A stretch of 53,947 nucleotides of DNA, taken from the NCBI GenBank assembly GCA_025924135.1, contig JAICEO010000001.1:1-53947 (forward strand), written 5' to 3'. The notes under the pieces are model-generated. The model had not been told where the DNA came from, ran no database searches, and worked only from the letters and a program-made list of their open reading frames with translations. The stretch's first letter is position 1, and each line of letters begins with the position of its first letter. Positions 45,137 through 53,947 of this stretch are shown piece by piece. Both the position numbers and the translations under genes were made by a program. This stretch comes from Nitrososphaeraceae archaeon (GTDB lineage: Archaea; Thermoproteota; Nitrososphaeria; Nitrososphaerales; Nitrososphaeraceae).

Positions 45137-46117
45137 CTAGATGGGATCGGATACTCCTGCCTCTCCTAACGAAAATAAGGCTTCAATTTCAGGATGATAA
45201 GGACTATCAACAATTCGAGCAATTCTGTTTTTGCCAGCTTTTTTCAAATAGATTCTATATGTACTTGAATGTGCAATTATATTTCCTCCTGTTGGCCTAA
45301 AAGGGTCACCAAACAATGTATCAGGAACAGATTGGATCTGGTTTGTTAAGATAATCGCTATTTTGTACGTTTCAGAAATTCTGATTAACATATGCATTAA
45401 TTTATTTATTTTTTGTTGCCTTTCTGATAGTGTTCCTCTTCCTACATATTCTGCCCGATAGTGAGAAATTGCTGAATCTAAAACTAATAATTTTATATTC
45501 TTGGTTTCAATAATTTTTCCTATTTCATGAATGATTAATTCTTGATGGGCACTGTTAAATGCTTTTGCAACTACTATATTTTCTAATACGCTTACATAAT
45601 CTATATTTCTTGCTTTAGCTATTGATACTATCCTTTCAGGTCTGAAGGTATTCTCAGTATCAACATAAATTACTCCACCTTCCAGTCCACCATCTAATCT
45701 TTTTTGCTGAACCATTACTGAAGAAGTATGGCAAATCTGAGTTTTTCCTGACCCAAATTCACCATATATCTCAGTTATTGCATTAATTTCAAATCCTCCT
45801 CCTAACAAATCATCAAAGTGTTTTGAGCCAGTAGAAATTCGGTCTATTTTCTTTCTTTTATTATAAAGCTCTGTTGCAGAAACAAAAGTTTTTTCAATAA
45901 TTTCTACTTCTTCTAGTTTTATTCGAGCTTTATTACACAGATCATTTGATTTTTCTATAGTCATTCCGGTAAGTTCCGCAACATCATGTGGCCCTCTGAT
46001 TATCAATTCCTTTAATGAGTCAATTCCAGCTTCAATAAGATGAATTTTGGTTGCAGGACCAATATCCTCTAGAATATCAAGTTCTAATTTTTTATATTTA
46101 TTATCTTTATTTATCAA
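45137..46117 (-). CDS. radA: DNA repair/recombination protein RadA (or close paralog)
   Basis: N-terminal HhH, GEFGSGKT, DTENTFRPER, LDS..SHYRAEY.GRG.L.ERQ, TNQ, DSP. Confidence 0.92.
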   Translation of the reverse strand: MINKDNKYKKLELDILEDIGPATKIHLIEAGIDSLKELIIRGPHDVAELTGMTIEKSNDLCNKARIKLEEVEIIEKTFVSATELYNKRKKIDRISTGSKHFDDLLGGGFEINAITEIYGEFGSGKTQICHTSSVMVQQKRLDGGLEGGVIYVDTENTFRPERIVSIAKARNIDYVSVLENIVVAKAFNSAHQELIIHEIGKIIETKNIKLLVLDSAISHYRAEYVGRGTLSERQQKINKLMHMLIRISETYKIAIILTNQIQSVPDTLFGDPFRPTGGNIIAHSSTYRIYLKKAGKNRIARIVDSPYHPEIEALFSLGEAGVSDPI

Positions 46118-46257
46118 TTAAGATCATTTTGAATATATAGTGATTATTGAACTAAATATTTTTTGTTTATTACTATTTATTTTTTCATAATTTCTTATTT
46201 AGTTGAAATAACTTAAATAAAGTAATCAACATTGTTTCATCAGCAGTGAAATTATAA

Positions 46258-46926
46258 TTGATTGTTGATCTAAATCTCGCTGGAAAAAATGTGATTGTGG
46301 TAGGAGGGGGAATAGAAGGAGTACGAAAAGTCAAAGGATTATTAGGTCAAAATTGTAAAATCACTGTAATTAGTGAAAGATTGAATTCCTATCTCGAAGA
46401 ATTAGCGCAACAAAACAAGATTGAGATAGTTAAAATGAAAATTAAGGATGCTAATATATTAGATAAATATAAAAATATTTTTTTAGTGCTTGCAGCCACA
46501 GATAACAAGGAACTTAATAGAAAAATTGTAGAAAGAGGTCGTTCAATGATGTCCTTTGTTTATGCCGCAGATGATCCTCCAGTAAGCGACTTTTCATATG
46601 CCTCTATAATCAACATTGAAGGAATAATGCAAGTAGCGATTTCTACTTCTGGAAAAAGTCCAATAATGGCTAGAAGATTGAGAATAAAAGCAGAACGTAT
46701 TTTAAGAAGAACAATAAAGCAATCAGATATAGAAAATACCAAGCTACAGGAGTTTGCGAGAATGGCTGCACGAATCAAAATTAAAACTGTTATAGAACGG
46801 AAAAGATTTCTCTACTCAATAATCAAGGATAAAACCATTCAAAATTTAATAAATGAGAACAAGATAGATGAAGCAAAGGTTGCTGCCCTTGAACGGTTAA
46901 ACCATTGGAGTGATTTGAAAAAATGA
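46258..46926 (+). CDS. sirC: Precorrin-2 dehydrogenase (SirC/Met8-like)
   Basis: VVGGG, AATD, DDP..SDF, AIST.GKSP. Confidence 0.88.
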   Translation: MIVDLNLAGKNVIVVGGGIEGVRKVKGLLGQNCKITVISERLNSYLEELAQQNKIEIVKMKIKDANILDKYKNIFLVLAATDNKELNRKIVERGRSMMSFVYAADDPPVSDFSYASIINIEGIMQVAISTSGKSPIMARRLRIKAERILRRTIKQSDIENTKLQEFARMAARIKIKTVIERKRFLYSIIKDKTIQNLINENKIDEAKVAALERLNHWSDLKK

Positions 46927-48218
46927 CTCTAGTTAACAGATCATTTGATCTACTAAATTTTAGGATAACATATAAGGAAGCTCCTATTCATTTGCTTGAA
47001 AAATTTGCATTTAAAGATGTTTCTAGTGCTCATGAAACATTTCTTGAACATTTACAAATGAAAGAATGTCTAATATTACAAACTTGTAATCGTGTAGAAA
47101 TTTTTGCGGTAGTAGAGGAAGAACTAGACTTCCAGAAAATTATTAGTTATTGGGCTGATCATTCTAAGTTATCAACAGAAGACTTTTCTAAAATAGTAGA
47201 GATTGTGAGAGGTGAAGAGGTAATTCGACATCTTCTAAAACTAGTTGCCGGCCTAGATTCTTTGGTAATTGGTGAAGATCAAATTCTAGGTCAGGTAAAA
47301 AGGTCATATGAATTTTCTCGGTCTAATAATTACCTTGGATCTTTTCTATCGATCATTTTTGAAAAATCTTTACGAGTAGGCAGTAAAGTGCGATCACTGA
47401 CAGGAATTAATAAAGGACGTGTATCAGTTGGATCAGTAGCTGTTAGCCTAGCGGAAGAAACAATTGGAAGACTCAATGATAGGAAAATTCTGCTTATAGG
47501 CTCAGGAGAAGGCGCTAGTCTTATAGCTAAAGCACTAAAACAAAGAAATGTCTCTTTTATGAATACAAGTAGAACGTTCGAGAGAGCTAAGTCATTTGCA
47601 GAATCTCTTTCAGGTATACCAATTATGTTTGAAGATGCCTTGATCTCCTTACACTCTATGGATATTATTTTCGTAAGTACGACAGCTCCTTATTACTTAC
47701 TCACACACGAGAGGATAAAGAAAACAATGGAAACAAAAAGTAGATCGTTATTAATTTTTGATCTGTCTAATCCTAGAACAGTAGAAGATAGTATTTCTCA
47801 CATTGAGAATGTATTTCTATTTAACCTAGATCAAATTGGAGGTATTGTTCAAAGAAATCTTCAATCAAGAAAAGAGGAAATCCATTCTGCAAATAAGATA
47901 ATTGAAGAAGAAATGAAAAAGATGGATTTATTATTAAAAAGAAGAAAAGCGGATCCGGTAGTTGTTTCCGTTTTTCGTAATGTAGATAAAATTAGGAAAC
48001 GAGAACTTAATAAAGCCCTTTCAATCCTCGGACCAAAGATAGGACCTCAAGAAGGTAAGATTATTGAGCAATTTTCTCATGCACTTTTAGAAGGAATAAT
48101 ATCCACACCTATGAATAATCTTCGCCGACAGCTACAAAATGATTTAGATGATGAGCAGGAACTAATGCGTCTAGCGGCGAAACTGTTTAATTATGAAAAT
48201 GAAGCAAATATCCAATAA
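46923..48218 (+). CDS. hemA: Glutamyl-tRNA reductase
   Basis: TCNRVE, GLDSLVIGEDQILGQVK, DLSNPR. Confidence 0.96.
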   Translation: MTLVNRSFDLLNFRITYKEAPIHLLEKFAFKDVSSAHETFLEHLQMKECLILQTCNRVEIFAVVEEELDFQKIISYWADHSKLSTEDFSKIVEIVRGEEVIRHLLKLVAGLDSLVIGEDQILGQVKRSYEFSRSNNYLGSFLSIIFEKSLRVGSKVRSLTGINKGRVSVGSVAVSLAEETIGRLNDRKILLIGSGEGASLIAKALKQRNVSFMNTSRTFERAKSFAESLSGIPIMFEDALISLHSMDIIFVSTTAPYYLLTHERIKKTMETKSRSLLIFDLSNPRTVEDSISHIENVFLFNLDQIGGIVQRNLQSRKEEIHSANKIIEEEMKKMDLLLKRRKADPVVVSVFRNVDKIRKRELNKALSILGPKIGPQEGKIIEQFSHALLEGIISTPMNNLRRQLQNDLDDEQELMRLAAKLFNYENEANIQ

Positions 48219-49218
48219 TAATTATAAGGTTAATGGACCGTATTTTCCTAACGTTAGACTGAGGCGTCTTAGAAAAACTAAAGCACTAAGAGACATTTTA
48301 CAAGAAACACGTATATCATCAGATGATTTAATTTTTCCATTATTTATTGAAGAAGGCTTAAAGAATTCAAAAAATATAACTTCTATGCCAGACATACAAC
48401 GAATTCCTCCTTCCAAAATTGTGAATGTAGTTTCCGAACTTTTGGATTTAGGTATAAAAGGTGTTATCGTGTTTGGGATTCCAGATAAGAAAGATATTGT
48501 CGCACATTCAGCCTATAGTGAAAAAGGAGTAGTTCAAAAATCTATCCAAACAATTAAAAAAAATTTTGGAGATAGAATAGTAGTAATATCGGATGTATGC
48601 ATGTGCCAGTATACAACGTCAGGTCATTGTGGAATAGTTAAAGAAAATACAATTGATAATGATTCTACTATAGAAATTTTATCTAAAATTGCTCAGAGTC
48701 ATGCGCAATGTGGCGCTGATATAGTTGCTCCATCAGCTATGATGGATGGCCAGGTAATTGCAATTAGAGAACAGCTAAATGAGGCGGGTTTACATGATAC
48801 CTCTATTATGGCTTATTCCGCAAAAATGGCTTCACCGTTATATACCCCTTTCCGTGACCTTGCAGATTCTACCCCTACATTTGGAGACAGAAAAACTTAT
48901 CAAATGGCCGTGACCAACACACGCGAATCTTTAAGAGAACTTGAATTAGATATCAAAGAAGGAGCAGATATGATCATGATAAAACCAGCCCTTCCCTATT
49001 TGGATTTAATCTGTAAAGCAAGAGAGATGTTTAAACTTCCTTTATGTGCTTACAGTGTATCAGGAGAGTATGCTTTGATAAAAGCTGCCTCAGAAAAAGG
49101 ATGGATAAATGAAACTGACGTCATGATAGAATTTCTTTCATCAATCAAAAGAGCAGGATCTGATATTATAATAACATATTTTGCCAAAAAAATGGCAAAA
49201 GTGTTATTAGAAAAATAA
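48193..49218 (+). CDS. hemB: Porphobilinogen synthase
   Basis: RLRRLR, DVCMCQYTTSGHCG, APSAMMDG, MIKP, SGEY. Confidence 0.96.
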   Translation: MKMKQISNNNYKVNGPYFPNVRLRRLRKTKALRDILQETRISSDDLIFPLFIEEGLKNSKNITSMPDIQRIPPSKIVNVVSELLDLGIKGVIVFGIPDKKDIVAHSAYSEKGVVQKSIQTIKKNFGDRIVVISDVCMCQYTTSGHCGIVKENTIDNDSTIEILSKIAQSHAQCGADIVAPSAMMDGQVIAIREQLNEAGLHDTSIMAYSAKMASPLYTPFRDLADSTPTFGDRKTYQMAVTNTRESLRELELDIKEGADMIMIKPALPYLDLICKAREMFKLPLCAYSVSGEYALIKAASEKGWINETDVMIEFLSSIKRAGSDIIITYFAKKMAKVLLEK

Positions 49219-49251
49219 GATTCTTATAAATAGATTGTAATAATTACATAC

Positions 49252-50532
49252 TTGATATCCAATCGCTCTGAAAAATTATTTCAACGAGCAATTAAGGTGA
49301 TTCCGGGAGGTGTTAATAGTCCTGTAAGATTCTTTCCGCCTTACCCGTTTTTTGTCTCTTCCGGCTTTGGGAGTAAGATAGTTACTGCTGATCACGAAAC
49401 TTATTTAGATTATTGTATGGGTTATGGATCTTTAATCTTTGGACATTCATATTTACCTCTTATTGAATCTGTAAAAACTCAACTCGATAATGGAACGTTG
49501 TTTTGTATTCCATCTGAAAAGGAAATTTATCTTGCTGAATTGATGGCAAAAATAATCCCATGTGCTGAAAAAGTGCGATTAGTTAATACAGGAGCTGAAG
49601 CAACAATGACTGCGATACGATTAAGTCGAGCTTTCACAAGACGCAAAAAAATAATTAAGTTTAATGGAGGTTACCATGGAGCATATGATTATGTCCTAGT
49701 AAAAGCTGGATCGGGAGCTGCAAGTATTCCATCATCTGAAGGTTCATTTCCGCAAATTTCTGAAGAAACTCTGATCGTACAATATAATGACTTTGGAGAA
49801 TTAGAGCAAACAATTGAAAAAGAAGCCGAAAATATTAGTTGTTTAATAATGGAACCAGTCTTAGCTAACTATGGTCTTCTAATTCCAGAAAAAAATTATT
49901 TAACAGAAATCAGAAAAATTACAAAAAAATATGGAATTGTACTAATATTTGATGAAGTTATAACTGGATTCAGATTATCTCTGGGCGGTTGTAGTGAATT
50001 TTTCGGCATAACTCCAGATATTGCTACTTTCTCCAAATCGTTTGGGTCTGGATTTCCAATAGCTGCATTGTGTGGAAAGAGAGAAATAATGGATCAACTA
50101 TCACCATCTGGCAATGTATATCAAGCAAGTACTTATGCAGGAAATCCTATTTCAGTAACCGCAGCAACTACAGCTGTAGAAAGCCTGTTAAAAAACAAAA
50201 ATAAAGTTTACCCAACAATAGCGAGATTATGTGATACTTTAGTTCTCGGAATTAAAGATCGTGTAAAGAACTTTGCTGATTATTATACCATCAATTCTAT
50301 TGGATCTCTATTTCAATTATTTTTTACTAAAGAAAAAGTATCTTCTCCTCTAGACATTTTAAAGTCTGATTATAAGTTGTTCGAATCGCTATTTTGGGAT
50401 TTACTAAAAAAAAATATTTTTATTCCTCCTTCTATGTATGAAACATGTTTTATTTCGTATGCTCATTCTGATGAAGATATAGAAAAAACCATTGAATGTT
50501 ATTCTGATTCTTTGAATCAACATATTAAATGA
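49252..50532 (+). CDS. hemL: Glutamate-1-semialdehyde 2,1-aminomutase
   Basis: IPGGVNSPVR, YHGAYD, FDEVITGFR, YQASTYAGNP. Confidence 0.96.
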   Translation: MISNRSEKLFQRAIKVIPGGVNSPVRFFPPYPFFVSSGFGSKIVTADHETYLDYCMGYGSLIFGHSYLPLIESVKTQLDNGTLFCIPSEKEIYLAELMAKIIPCAEKVRLVNTGAEATMTAIRLSRAFTRRKKIIKFNGGYHGAYDYVLVKAGSGAASIPSSEGSFPQISEETLIVQYNDFGELEQTIEKEAENISCLIMEPVLANYGLLIPEKNYLTEIRKITKKYGIVLIFDEVITGFRLSLGGCSEFFGITPDIATFSKSFGSGFPIAALCGKREIMDQLSPSGNVYQASTYAGNPISVTAATTAVESLLKNKNKVYPTIARLCDTLVLGIKDRVKNFADYYTINSIGSLFQLFFTKEKVSSPLDILKSDYKLFESLFWDLLKKNIFIPPSMYETCFISYAHSDEDIEKTIECYSDSLNQHIK

Positions 50533-50533
50533 A

Positions 50534-51487
50534 ATGACTCCAAAATTACGTATAGGTACAAGAGGAAGTAAATTAGCATTAGCACAAACACAAATTGTAA
50601 TTAATTCGCTTTGTACACAAAACAAAACTTTTGAGTATGAAATTACTCCAATTAAGACCAGGGGCGATTTAGACAATTCTAAACCGTTATTTTACCTGGA
50701 TAAAAAAGGAATCTTTGAAAAAGAAGTAAATGAATCAGTAGTTAAGGGCGATGTCGATTTTGCTATTCATAGTGTTAAGGATGTTCCAGCTACGATTCAT
50801 AAGGATTTAGTCATAGCGTCTATCCCTCAAAGAGATTCAGTAATTGATGTTTTAATAAGTAAAAGTAAAAAAAAACTAAATGAACTCCCCCAGGGTTCTA
50901 TTATAGGAACAAGTAGCTTACGAAGAGCAATACAAATTATTTCATTGAGAAATGATTTCAAAGTCATACCATTAAGAGGAAATATCGATAGTAGAATTGA
51001 AAAAGCCTTAAAAGGAGAATACGATGCAATTATTCTAGCAGAAGCAGGATTGAAAAGATTGGGAAAAGAACAATATATTAGTGAAAGATTCGATCCCAAA
51101 AAATTTTTACCAGCAGCAGGACAAGGAGCCCTTGCAATAGTATGTAAGAAAACTGATAAAAAACTAGTCAAATTTCTTCATAAAATTGAGCATACTCAAT
51201 CCAGAATCTCAATTAATGCTGAAAGGTCTTTTATCTCGAAAATTGAAGGTGGTTGTAGATTTCCAATAGGAGCTTATGCGAGCTTCTCTTCCAACAATCA
51301 CAAAATTAATTTTTATGCTAAAATATTTTCTTCTGATGGTTTGGAACATATTTCAATAAAAAAAATTGGTGATTATGATAAACCAGAAATGTTGGGTAAT
51401 AGTGTTGCTAGTTATTTAATAGAGAATGGAGCTTTAAGGTTAGCTAAAGGTTGGGATAAATCTCTAAATGAATGGAATAAAAAATAA
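50534..51487 (+). CDS. hemC: Hydroxymethylbilane synthase
   Basis: IGTRGSKLAL.Q, HSVKDVP, GTSSLRR, GGC. Confidence 0.96.
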   Translation: MTPKLRIGTRGSKLALAQTQIVINSLCTQNKTFEYEITPIKTRGDLDNSKPLFYLDKKGIFEKEVNESVVKGDVDFAIHSVKDVPATIHKDLVIASIPQRDSVIDVLISKSKKKLNELPQGSIIGTSSLRRAIQIISLRNDFKVIPLRGNIDSRIEKALKGEYDAIILAEAGLKRLGKEQYISERFDPKKFLPAAGQGALAIVCKKTDKKLVKFLHKIEHTQSRISINAERSFISKIEGGCRFPIGAYASFSSNNHKINFYAKIFSSDGLEHISIKKIGDYDKPEMLGNSVASYLIENGALRLAKGWDKSLNEWNKK

Positions 51488-52229
51488 AAAGTATGGAAAA
51501 ATATACATATGTGGAGCAGGACCTGGTGACCCATCATTAATTACTTTAAAATGCTTGGATTTAATAAAAAATTCAGATATAATTCTTTATGATCGCCTAG
51601 TTAGTAGTGATATTCTTAAATTAATTCCTGAGAATACCCCAAAAGTATATGTCGGTCGTTCATCTGGTGATCCTACCACTAATCAATTCAAAACTAATCA
51701 AATTATGTTACAACATGCATTAATAGGAAAACAAGTTTTAAGACTCAAGGGAGGAGATCCATTTATTTTTGGACGAGGAGGTGAAGAAGCAGAATTTTTA
51801 TACGAGAATGGAATTGATTTTGAAATTATCCCTGGTATATCTTCTGCGATTGGGGCAGCCATTTATTCCGGTATTCCACTTACACATAGAAAATTTTCCT
51901 CCTCGGTTGCAATAGTTACTGGTCATGAGGATCCAATGAAAGAAGAAAAGAGTGTTAGATGGGATAAAATAGCAACGGCTGTTGATACTATCGTGATTTT
52001 AATGGGCATTGAAAAGCTGGACTCTATTCTAAAAAAGTTAAAAAATAATGGTCTTTCTGACGAAACTAAAATTGCGGTAATTGAAAAGGGAACGCTAAAA
52101 GATCAAAAAATTATCATTGGTGATTTCAAAGATATAAGAAATAAAATGGAAAATGCTTCTATAAAACCTCCTGCCGTAATTATCATAGGCGAAGTAGTTT
52201 CATTATCCGACCGAATAAGATGGATCTAA
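51468..52229 (+). CDS. cobA: Uroporphyrinogen-III C-methyltransferase
   Basis: GAGPGDP, YDRLV, RLKGGDPFIFGRGGEE, PLTHR. Confidence 0.95.
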   Translation: MNGIKNKKYGKIYICGAGPGDPSLITLKCLDLIKNSDIILYDRLVSSDILKLIPENTPKVYVGRSSGDPTTNQFKTNQIMLQHALIGKQVLRLKGGDPFIFGRGGEEAEFLYENGIDFEIIPGISSAIGAAIYSGIPLTHRKFSSSVAIVTGHEDPMKEEKSVRWDKIATAVDTIVILMGIEKLDSILKKLKNNGLSDETKIAVIEKGTLKDQKIIIGDFKDIRNKMENASIKPPAVIIIGEVVSLSDRIRWI

Positions 52230-53047
52230 TTAGTACTAGAGCATTAGCTGAAGATCAGAAAATTATTGCAATAACAAAATCAGAAGGTTCTATCTCAAAG
52301 AATTTTATTGATAAAATTGAGGAACATCACTCTAAGTTAATTGTAGTAAAAACTTCAAAAATAATAAAATCTGATTCCAAGATTCTTAGCGAAATTTTTA
52401 ACCTTATTGCAAATCTGTCTACTGGCTATATTATCTTCTTAAGCTCTAATGCAGTAGAGATATTCTTTGAAATTGCTACTACTTTAAATGTGGTTAACGA
52501 AATAGTCCATTATTTAAATTCAAAATTTAAGGTAGTTGCTATTGGTCCATCTACTCAAACTTCTCTAAAAAAACACAGAATAGCGGTGAAAGAGATCCCA
52601 AACGACCACTCTTCTACAGGGATTATAGATTTCTTTTCTCAAATGAAAAATAATACGTTTAGCGCTGAAATAATTATCCCTCGTAGTAAAAAAGCAGATA
52701 AATATCTCAAAAAGAAACTTGCAAAGTTAGGATTTGTGGTTCATGAATTCTATATTTATACTGTAATACCTGCAGATCTCGATTCTCTATGGATAGAATT
52801 CTTCGATCTTCTTCGAAAAAATAAAATTGACTCTTTAATTTTTACCAGTCCATCCAATGTTAATTATTTTTTCAAGATATTACAGCAAAATTCTTCAGAT
52901 CTCTTACCATTAGTTTGTAAAATAAAAATGATTTTATCAATTGGACCTCTTACTAGCAAAGAGCTTATTAAATATAACATACCCTTTTCTGAAGCCACAG
53001 ATCATTCTTTAGAAGGAATTTATAAAAAACTTTATATAAATGAATGA
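52220..53047 (+). CDS. hemD: Uroporphyrinogen-III synthase
   Basis: FLSSNAV, AIGPST, FTSPS.V, SIGPLT; operon context. Confidence 0.9.
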   Translation: MDLISTRALAEDQKIIAITKSEGSISKNFIDKIEEHHSKLIVVKTSKIIKSDSKILSEIFNLIANLSTGYIIFLSSNAVEIFFEIATTLNVVNEIVHYLNSKFKVVAIGPSTQTSLKKHRIAVKEIPNDHSSTGIIDFFSQMKNNTFSAEIIIPRSKKADKYLKKKLAKLGFVVHEFYIYTVIPADLDSLWIEFFDLLRKNKIDSLIFTSPSNVNYFFKILQQNSSDLLPLVCKIKMILSIGPLTSKELIKYNIPFSEATDHSLEGIYKKLYINE

Positions 53048-53142
53048 AAATTTACATAAAATTATATCCACTTTCCTAATACTCCTTTTTTTTCATTATT
53101 TGGATTGTAATATTTATATAACATAACGCCGTTATGAAATAC

Positions 53143-53947
53143 ATGACATCAGAAGAACTTAATATGGATTATAGTAAATACGATTTTAAAGACTCTACTG
53201 ACTTATATGTATACACTAGTAAGAAAGGTCTTTCACGCGGCACTATTGAAGAAATAAGTAAAATTAAAAATGAGCCACAGTGGATGCTCGATTTTAGATT
53301 AAGATCTTATGATATTTTTATGAAAAAACCCATGCCTGTATGGGGTGGTGATTTATCAAAAATTAATTTTCAAAATATTTTCTATTATACAAAAGCATCA
53401 GAAAAACAAAGTAAAAGCTGGGATGATGTACCTGATTCAGTTAGAAAAACGTTCGATAAACTGGGCATACCTGAAGCTGAAAAAAAATTCTTAGCTGGTG
53501 TAGGTGCTCAATATGAATCAGAAACTGTTTATCATAACTTACGTGAAGATCTATCAAAACAAGGAGTAATTTTTTCAGATACAGATACAGCAGTTAAAGA
53601 GCATCCGGATATCTTAAAAAAGTATTTTGGAAAGGTTATACCACCAGAAGACAACAAATTCGCAGCGTTAAATAGTGCTGTATGGTCAGGCGGGTCTTTT
53701 ATTTATGTTCCACCTAATGTAAAAATTGAGCTCCCGTTACAAGCTTATTTTAGAATTAATGCTGAAAATATTGGACAATTTGAACGTACTTTAATTATTG
53801 CTGATGAGGGATCAGAAGTACACTATATCGAAGGTTGTACTGCTCCCGTTTACACGACTGAATCCTTGCATTCTGCTGTTGTTGAATTAATTGCAAAGAA
53901 AGATGCAAAAATAAGATACACAACTATTCAGAATTGGAGTAAAGATG
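53143..53947 (+). CDS. sufB: Fe-S cluster assembly protein SufB (3'-truncated by window end; not in ORF track)
   Basis: Hand translation [17 protein letters not shown]...[12 protein letters not shown]...[22 protein letters not shown]...WSGGSF...GQFERTLII...HYIEGCTAP. Confidence 0.95.
   Translation, partial: MTSEELNMDYSKYDFKDSTDLYVYTSKKGLSRGTIEEISKIKNEPQWMLDFRLRSYDIFMKKPMPVWGGDLSKINFQNIFYYTKASEKQSKSWDDVPDSVRKTFDKLGIPEAEKKFLAGVGAQYESETVYHNLREDLSKQGVIFSDTDTAVKEHPDILKKYFGKVIPPEDNKFAALNSAVWSGGSFIYVPPNVKIELPLQAYFRINAENIGQFERTLIIADEGSEVHYIEGCTAPVYTTESLHSAVVELIAKKDAKIRYTTIQNWSKD

Noticed and set aside
6094-51171. About 30 short ORFs overlapping well-supported genes (e.g. 6094, 12579, 14447, 23772, 28015, 35474, 41823, 50827)
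   Set aside because: Antisense or alternate-frame shadows of conserved genes with no motifs

Overview
AT-rich archaeal chromosome segment, most consistent with an ammonia-oxidising archaeon (Nitrososphaerota, probably a soil-type Nitrososphaerales). This placement is inferred from Rpo7/Spt4, Rpo4, S30e, L21e, RadA, CofE, NadX, cupredoxin and thaumarchaeal-style secreted proteins. The right half (~26.7-53.9 kb) is mostly core genes: mrp, rpo7-spt4-nadC, rps30e, nadA-nadX, an aconitase-family pair, cofE, DRG GTPase, sec11, RNase HI, the radA-rpl21e-rpo4-DUF655-ksgA-hemK run, sirC-hemABLC-cobA-hemD and the 5' part of sufB. The left half is more accessory. It has an amino-acid/polyamine catabolic neighbourhood (class-III omega-aminotransferase, P5C-type dehydrogenase, atypical ureohydrolase, acyl-CoA dehydrogenase, proline dehydrogenase), a cell-surface locus (Ig-like secreted protein, GT-C glycosyltransferase, LamG-inserted phosphoesterase lacking its catalytic motifs) and an orphan Dam-type methylase. 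Reading the intergenic DNA gave two features the ORF track misses. (i) Two candidate C/D-box guide sRNAs at 26612-26680 and 40011-40076, both minus strand; the second has two guides complementary to the 23S rRNA H69-H71 region. (ii) Seven Cys/His-rich microproteins under 60 aa, partly clustered at 25.6-26.6 kb and 33.3-33.7 kb. I saw no CRISPR array, complete tRNA/rRNA or transposase. All calls come from motif recognition by eye; no database search was run.
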